Of a stretch of 64,000 bases of DNA, positions 57,029 to 64,000 are shown piece by piece. Position 1 is the stretch's first letter. Each line of letters begins with the position of its first letter. Under the pieces are notes generated by a model. The model had not been told where the DNA came from. It saw only the letters and a list, made by a program, of their open reading frames with translations, and searched no databases. Location: assembly GCA_964016885.1 (NCBI GenBank), contig OZ024747.1, forward strand, positions 86,552,001-86,616,000, read 5' to 3'. Source of the stretch: Eledone cirrhosa. Its lineage: Eukaryota. Position numbers and translations under genes: made by a program.

Positions 57029-60000
57029 GCTTTCTTTATTAACCACAAGTGTTTACATAAAGTAGACATTAAGGACTGTACAGGACAATACAGGACGGTA
57101 CAAATGGGCATTTCTGCGTGTAAAAAAACAAAAACAGAGGATGTAACAAAAAAAAAAAAATAACAATGAAAAATTCCCCAATAGGGGGGAGACTTTGGAG
57201 GGACATTTGTGGAGAAAGCCCATTAAAAGGCCACAGTGACCCTGACCACCAGGGTAAGTGCCCTCTCCCAGTTTTCCACCTTTAATTTACAGACACATAC
57301 TCAGAGTAGGCCCATTCACTCGGGCCATACTTGCTTCTCTCACCCATCTTTCAACAAAATGCTGGGAAGAGAGCACTTCCCACTCTACCCTGATTTTCCT
57401 TTTCAAATGAAATTTGAAAAAGTTAATCAGGGCATCACCGAAGAGGTAAGTGCTCGTCTTCAGCCCTTTCAAACGTGTCCACCATACTATCTCTTTCGCC
57501 ATGGCCACCAGACAGATAAAAACTGCCTGCCCTTCCCGGCTAAAGGAGGAGGGAGGGGAAATCCTCACGATGGACTCAGATGATAGCCGGATCCGTCCTA
57601 CACGCAACAGCAGGTGTTCGACATAAACCTACAAGTCAGCAATTTTCGGACACTGGACGAGTGCGTGCAGGACGGTTTCGTCGCCCTGCGCGCATCTCGG
57701 ACATGCCCGGCTGACGGCACCTCCATGCCTGTAGAGTTTATCCCGAACTGGCAAAGCTCCTCGGTAGCACTGCCAGGCCAGGGATTTCTGGAAGTTGTCC
57801 ATAGGCCCCGGCCCGAAAGTTCTTCCAAAGAGATTGGCTAGTTGATTTTCGTCGACGCCTAGAGTTTCTCCAAGTACGTCGTCGCTCTTCCCCTCCACTA
57901 ATCCTCTATAGAACGCCAAGGTAGAGTTTCCACCGATCACATTGCCCGATTGGTCGAGGGCTGTGAGCGCCTGAAGACATTCCAGTCTCCAAGCGCTCCC
58001 TCTCGGTCTTCGCTTGACCCAGGACTGCAGCTCCGTCAAGGAGACGAGCTGGGGAAAGACGCGTCTAGCAAACGGCGACCACACCTGATCACCGTCGAGG
58101 AAGAGGTAGAGATGTCGTAGTCTGAGAGCGTGTCGCGCATCATCAGCCACGGCATGCCCAGCCCTCCACGTAGCGGGTGTTGACAGCAGATGGACCGCCT
58201 GACCATCGGCGTTAGCCACCTCCGCTCGACCTTTCAGAGATAGCTTCCTCTTCGCCCATTTCTGGGTGAGAGAAGCCACCCTGCTCGTCACCTCGTCCCA
58301 GTTTTTGTCCGTCTGGAGGTCCGGACCGAACCAGACCCCTAGCAATTTAACCGGTCCGTCCGTCCAGCGCCCGACGACGCTGTTGGACGGCATGGACCTG
58401 CCTCTCCAGGTGCCGAGCTGCAGGCCTACTGACTTTTCCTGGTTGATCATTGCTCCTGTCACCGCTTCGTATTCTCTTAGTGTCGTGCCGATCGCCTCGA
58501 TGTGTTTGGCGTTCGACACCACTACGGTGACATCGTCCGCATATGCTGACACGGATCTTCCGCATCCTAGTTCGCGCGGGATCCCCCTCAACGTCTCCAG
58601 TTTGTGCAGTAATGGCTCAAGAGTCAATACGTACAAGAGGGGACATCCTTGGCGGACCGAGCGCATGATGTTGAACGGTTCCGAATGGTGACCGTTCACT
58701 CTCACCACAGAGCAGATGTTGCTGTGCATGGCAGCGATCTAGCCTCTGAAGACAGGCACAAAGCCAGCCGCCCTCAGGACTGCCGCTAGGTAACGATGGT
58801 CGACCCTATCGAAAGCTTTCGACTGATCTAAATTGATCAAGGACCCACCCGTGCCAGGTTCCCTAGCTACCCTCTCTACGATGTATCGCAGGAGTGGAGG
58901 TTGTCGTGGATGGATCTGTCGGGAATGGTGCATGTCTGAGCCTCTCCCACCAGACCACCAACGACAAGCGCCAACCTCTTTGCTAGCACCTTGGCCAAAA
59001 TCTTGAACTCTGTGTTTAGCAGAGTTATGGGCCTGAAATTATCTATGTTATCCCCCTTGTTCGGATCCTTTCTCAGCAGCGCCACAGCTCCTCGGCTCAC
59101 AGAGCTGGGAATTCTCCCATTCTGTTGCCAGTTGCAGTAGACGTCCGCCAAGAGGCCTCCGAACAAGTCTGGCATCTGTACGTAAAGTTCATAAGGAAGA
59201 CCATCCAAACCAGGCGATTTACCCCTTGTGCAGCCAGTCATTGCCTTGCGTACTTCAGCGGCTGTTATCGGCTTTTCGCAACACTCCGCCTCAGTGGCTG
59301 AGAGCCGCGGCAGTCCGTCGAGGTAGACATTAAAGTCCATCCCTCGATCCGGCCCGCCGCTGCCCCCGAACAGCTGTGCGAAGCGTCGCTGAAAAGCTTC
59401 ACACATTTGCCCGGGATCGAGTAGCATGCGCCCGTCGTGGTCCACCAAAGACCGGATCGTGGCTTTGTTGCCACGACGCGCCTCCGCCACTCGGGCCCAT
59501 TGAACGGCTTTCGTCCCCTCGTGTCTGAGAGCACGCACCCTAGCTCTGACAACGCAGCCCTCGTGCTTTGCATTGAAGAATTGGTCAAGGGCCAATTTCG
59601 CCGCAAGTACGTCGGTCGCGATACCTTTGCTAAGCGCCTCGTCTAATTTTCTAACTAGTTCTCCCTCTGCTCTATTTTTCTCTATTGCTAAAGCCTTACT
59701 AAACCTAATGGACTCTATTCTAATCGCTCTTTTCAGAGCAAACCACCACTTGTTGTTGACGATGGCCCCCGTCAACGCCCGCTTAACTAGTTAGCTTATC
59801 CGGTCTATGTAGGCCTTGCGCGCTGGTAAGGACGCGTTTAGCTTCCAGTAGCCGGGTGCTCGTCTATGAAGCCTATCTAAGTCAAGCACACAGATCACGA
59901 ATTTGTGGTCCGTGTAGCTGACTATCTTGAATTGTGGACAGCCTATGCTAGACCTATCTATTTCCCTACAAAATACTCTATCTAGATATGATCTGGATGA

Positions 60001-62595
60001 CCCTGTGCGATTTGTCCAAGTCCACATTGGCACATTCGGGAAATCCAATCGGTACCTGTCAGACAGTTCAAAACGCCTGAGCAGGTTGGTGAGGCTCTTG
60101 CACCCTCCTCCCCTATCCGCTAATCCCACACAGTCCCAGCGTGCATCTAAGATCCCGTTCCAGTCGCCCACTAACACTCAAGAGCGGGATGTTCCAAGAA
60201 AGGTCTCCAGACGCTGGAAGAAATCAGGCCGCCCAGCTCCTGTCGGGGCATAGACGGCCACTATCCTGAAAGCTTGCCCGTCTCCGCTGGTCACGTCCAG
60301 CACCATCAACTTACCTCTGGGTCCAGGAAGATGGCTCGTATGGCGAGATCCAAACCTCTCCGAAAAAGCACAGCAACTCCTCCCCCCGATCCAGGACGGT
60401 TGGGAGATGCGTACACATCGTAGCCGCCGAAGATCGGTGCGAAGGCCCGTGCTTCGGAGATTCTGGTCTCGCTGGTGGCCACTACATCTATGTTTAGTGA
60501 CCTGAGGTCGCTGAGCAGGTGGCCCTGCTTCCATGACGACCCCAAGAAACGCGCATTTATGCTGCCTATTCTGAGTGAGGTCATGTTGAAATGGAGTGGA
60601 AAAATGGGAAAGACCACTTACCTTACTTCTCGTAGAGGAAAGATGGTTTTTCCATCCTTTTCACTGTTTGTGGCCTCCTCCGGAAGGATGTCCTTATAAA
60701 TCCTCCCGGAGAGTGCTTGTCGGAAGTCTCCGATGTCTTTGGGGAATTTTTGTTTTAGTGTCGTGTACGTTTTCTGTGTGATGCGAGTGATTTGTATGTG
60801 TGGAGTTGGTGTGAACTTTTGGGTTGTTGTAGTCTTTTTCTGTGATGCTGGTGTTGTGTTGGATGTAGTGTAATAATTGGTTGTTGTTCAAATTTAATGC
60901 TGTGTAGTGTGTATAGTTTTGTTTGTTTTGTTTTGTTTGCGTTTGTTGTGGGTTTGTTTCTGTTTCGCTTTTTGGTGACTTTTGTGGTGTTGGTGATGGT
61001 GGTGTTGGGGTTAATGATGGTGATGGTGCTGGTGTTTGTGGTGATGAGGTTGGTGATGCTGGTGTGGATGGTAGCATATCTGTCCTAACTTTTTTGTTTG
61101 ATAGTTTATTTGTTTCCCTCTGTATTTTGTTTTTGGAGGGGGGAGAAAGGAGATTTTTTGTTTTTTGTTTTTTTTTCTTTTTTTCTTTTTTCCTGATACC
61201 GTTTCCCACTCCTCGTCGTCACAATCTGTCTCCAGTTGCGATAGGTCGGGGAGTGGAAAATCCTCCACAGGCGTTGGTTTTGGTTGTGGCGTGGTGGATG
61301 GTGTAGGCGCTGGTGCTAGTTCTGTCGCGTTGGGTGGTGGTGGTGTTGGTTTTGCTACTGTTGCTGGGGTTGTTGCTGTTACAGTTGCTTCTGTTGTTGC
61401 TGCTAAAGTTGTTGCTGCCATTTCTGCTGCTGGTGGTGTTGATGGTTGAGTCACTGGCGTGGGTAAGAGAGGTGGCCTCAACCTTTTAGCCTGAGGGCAG
61501 AAAGCCCTTAGCTGGGTTCCTTCACCACACACGACACACCTTGGCCTTCTGCCCTCAACGATTACGGTGAGGTAGCTGCCGTCAGTGATCTCCTCAATGC
61601 TTTTTTGGTCCGCTTGGATCAGGAGCTCTATCCCAGATCCGGACCAGTTCTCCTCCTTTTCTTTCGCTATTTCGATTATCTTGGTGTTGGCCTCGGTGCC
61701 GGAGAGGACGGCAGCCATTAGCCAGGGAATTTCGATGGCCGGTGGAACGTGGGTCACCCTGATCTTCACGAGTCTCTGGCCACAATAGCTTGGGACGAGT
61801 GTGAAGTCGTCACTTCTTAATGGGCCATGGAGTGTTCTCTGGCCTCCTGTGGTGTTTCAAAGAACACGTCCACGGTTCCATATTTCTGCCCTCGTCTGAT
61901 GTGGGTTTTTTTTGCCCACACATGTCCCAAAGATTTTGGATTCGGGACTCGGCTGCCCGTTCCACTCGGCGCGATTTTATGTTACTCGTCCGATAAGACA
62001 CGGTGCATAGGCGCCGATGCTCCATTTTATTAGGTGGGGCGCGGGGAGGCTGACCCTGTACCCATCTTTCTCTACCATTTTTTTGGCTTCTAATTCCTCC
62101 TGAGTTTCCTGGAATGCTTCGCACTTTTTTGCTACTCTGGCAAAAGACAGGGTTGTTTTCTTATTCTCATTGTTGCTGTTGTTGTTATCGTTATTTTTGT
62201 TATTGTTAATTTTAGTTTCAGTTGTGGTGGTGGTGTTCGGTGTGGAAGAGTTTATTTTGGGTGAATTCATTTCGACATCTCGAGATAATTTATTTTTTTC
62301 TTTTGTTTCTGATGTCGCTGTGGTGGTGGTGGTGGGGGTGGCGGCTTCAACACCTTCAGTCATTGGTAATGGCGGGAAATGAATGTCTGCCTGAGACAAA
62401 TTAAAAATATTGTTACCGCTTATATTTTTAGTGTTGGCAAACGTAGTAATATTTACAATGGTGGTGTCGGTGTGAGGTGTTAGTTTGTGAGGAAGGTGTG
62501 ACAATAAAATGTTTCCATAAATGGCAATTTTAAACAACTGAAAATAACAAACCTTTGCGGAGCTCACGATAATACGATTTACTACGTAGGTCGCC
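57029..62595 (-). mobile_element. Apparently full-length Tx1-clade LINE (5' UTR, ORF1, ORF2, 3' UTR), frameshifted, intronic
   Basis: ORF1 starts at ~62362 (MTEGVEAAT..SFARVAKK..CVVCGEGTQLRAFC). ORF2 starts at ~60585 (MTSLRIGSINARFL, ATSETR, GDWN, KSPGLDG, NFRPITLLN, LDQSKAFD, YADD, CPRC..HALVQC) and ends at 57287. (AAT)n lies on both sides. Confidence 0.92.
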
Positions 62596-62649
62596 AATAA
62601 TAATAATAATAATAATAATCATAATAATAATGATAATAAAAATAAAAAC

Positions 62650-62873
62650 AATAATGGTTTCTTATATAGGCACAAGGCCAACAATTTTGGGGGAGGGGAA
62701 AGTCGGTTAAATCGACCCCAGTGCGTGACTGGTACTTTATGTTATCGACCTCGTACAGATGAAAGGCAAAGCTAACCTCGGCAGTATTTGAAATCAGAAC
62801 GTATAGGGCTGTAACTCTATGCTGCAAAGCATGGTGTCCGATGCCCTACCGATGCTGCCAATCCATCACCCTC
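62650..62873 (-). mobile_element. SINE family 1, intronic
   Basis: Reverse complement of the full element; its ATT-rich tail runs into the Tx1 5' end. Confidence 0.88.
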
Positions 62874-62984
62874 AAAATAATAATAATGACAATAATAATA
62901 ATAATAGTAATCAGCTTCTCTGAGAGATTTCTCTCATTGAGATGTTTAATTATTAGAGGCTAATTAACCTTTAATCAATATATG

Positions 62985-63056
<72 letters not shown>

Positions 63057-63060
<4 letters not shown>

Positions 63061-64000
63061 ATTTAAAAGAATAGAGGTGTAACACACGAGTTGTGATATA
63101 TTGGTAAAAGGAAAAGAAAATGCTGACAAATTGTTCCCAGTGAAAAATAGTTTAATTAGGAATAAGTAAAAATAAGTAATAAGTATTGGTTAGTATTCAG
63201 TTTTAGTTTTAAGTTTTTACCGGTTGCGCATTTCTAATGCTTTTCAAAAATAATTTTGAGATAGAGCGCCCGTGATGTTTGCTCTCATCTGATTAGTTTT
63301 GGAAATTCTACCTGTTTTATGTGAAAAAAGTGGCTCCAGAGGTATTAAAATAATTTTCGCGCCAATTCGTGTTGCAAAAATTCTTGTGGTCAAAACAATT
63401 TTGATTGGTCGGTAGAGGTCACGTGAATGTTAAAAATTGATTTTGCGCCAAATGTAGGTTTGTCGAAGAGTGTCCTTTTTCGTCTGATTGAGAAGTCACT
63501 GAAAAATAAGTCTTTTAAAACAAATATGTGTGTGTGTAGTAAAGAGGTTCATTGTTGTGATAATTGTCAGTAGGGATGTGGTGTGAATTGCAGTCATGTT
63601 GAAAGGTCAACAGTTCAGGTGCCTATTAAGACAAATATGTGTGTGTGTGTGTGTGTGTGTGTAGCAGAGTAATTCGTGGTAGAGGGATCGGTCAGTAGGA
63701 ATGTGTCTGTACGTATGTGGGGGATATTTTAACATGTTGAAAGATATATTTCAGCTCTTGTCTTACGGAGATGTGTGTGTGTGTGTATATGTCTCTTTGT
63801 ATGTTAGTGTACGCGTGTGTATGTGTGTGTGTATATATATGTGTGTGTGTGTGTATATGTGTGTATGTGTGTGTGTGGGTGGTGGCGGTGGACCAGTATT
63901 TTTGTGATACTGGTAAAAATGGTGTACATTCGATATTTTCAGTTCTTGTGATATCCCGGGCATACAGAAATGCAGAAATTTCCGGTAAGCTGTGTATTGT
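63057..64000 (-). mobile_element. 3' UTR of a second, diverged copy of the Neptune-type PLE, continuing off the right edge
   Basis: It is collinear with 51865-52720 (e.g. AGAATAGAGGTGTAACACAC, CCGGTTGCGCATTTCTAA, GATTGGTCGGTAGAGGTCA), and its 3' end abuts (TA)n. Confidence 0.85.

Noticed and set aside
56941-57046. N-terminal poly-Ile part of the 105-aa ORF as a transmembrane helix
   Set aside because: This is intronic (ATT)n microsatellite upstream of the splice acceptor.

Overview
Repeat-dominated, AT-rich animal genomic DNA, most likely an octopod cephalopod. This is inferred from the SINE with the GCCTTTCATCCTTACGGGGTCGATAAAATAAAGTACCAG core, dense (TA)n/(CA)n/(AAT)n microsatellites and the receptor exon. 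The only host-gene piece I can support is the last coding exon (TM7 plus C-tail, minus strand, 56729-56940) of a vasopressin/oxytocin-family GPCR. The rest is mobile DNA: four Tx1-clade LINEs (one full length), a long stop-free R4/Dong-like ORF, a CRE 3' fragment, Rex3-like and other RTE remnants, several Penelope-like elements (PLEs), an internally deleted mariner, a hAT MITE, a probable solo LTR and many SINEs. The most unusual signal is non-coding. Three apparently unrelated repeats each carry a type I hammerhead ribozyme with the U3:A8 core (UUGANAA instead of CUGANGA) and a palindromic stem III; two of them also show predicted stem I-bulge/loop II pairing. One is a 591-nt unit present as permuted tandem and inverted copies, resembling a retrozyme (circular-RNA retroelement). 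These and the PLEs share a head-to-head fold-back architecture whose outer ends sit in (TA)n, seen about a dozen times. The Tx1 family appears to target (AAT)n tails of other retroposons. All calls come from reading by eye; no search or folding program was run.
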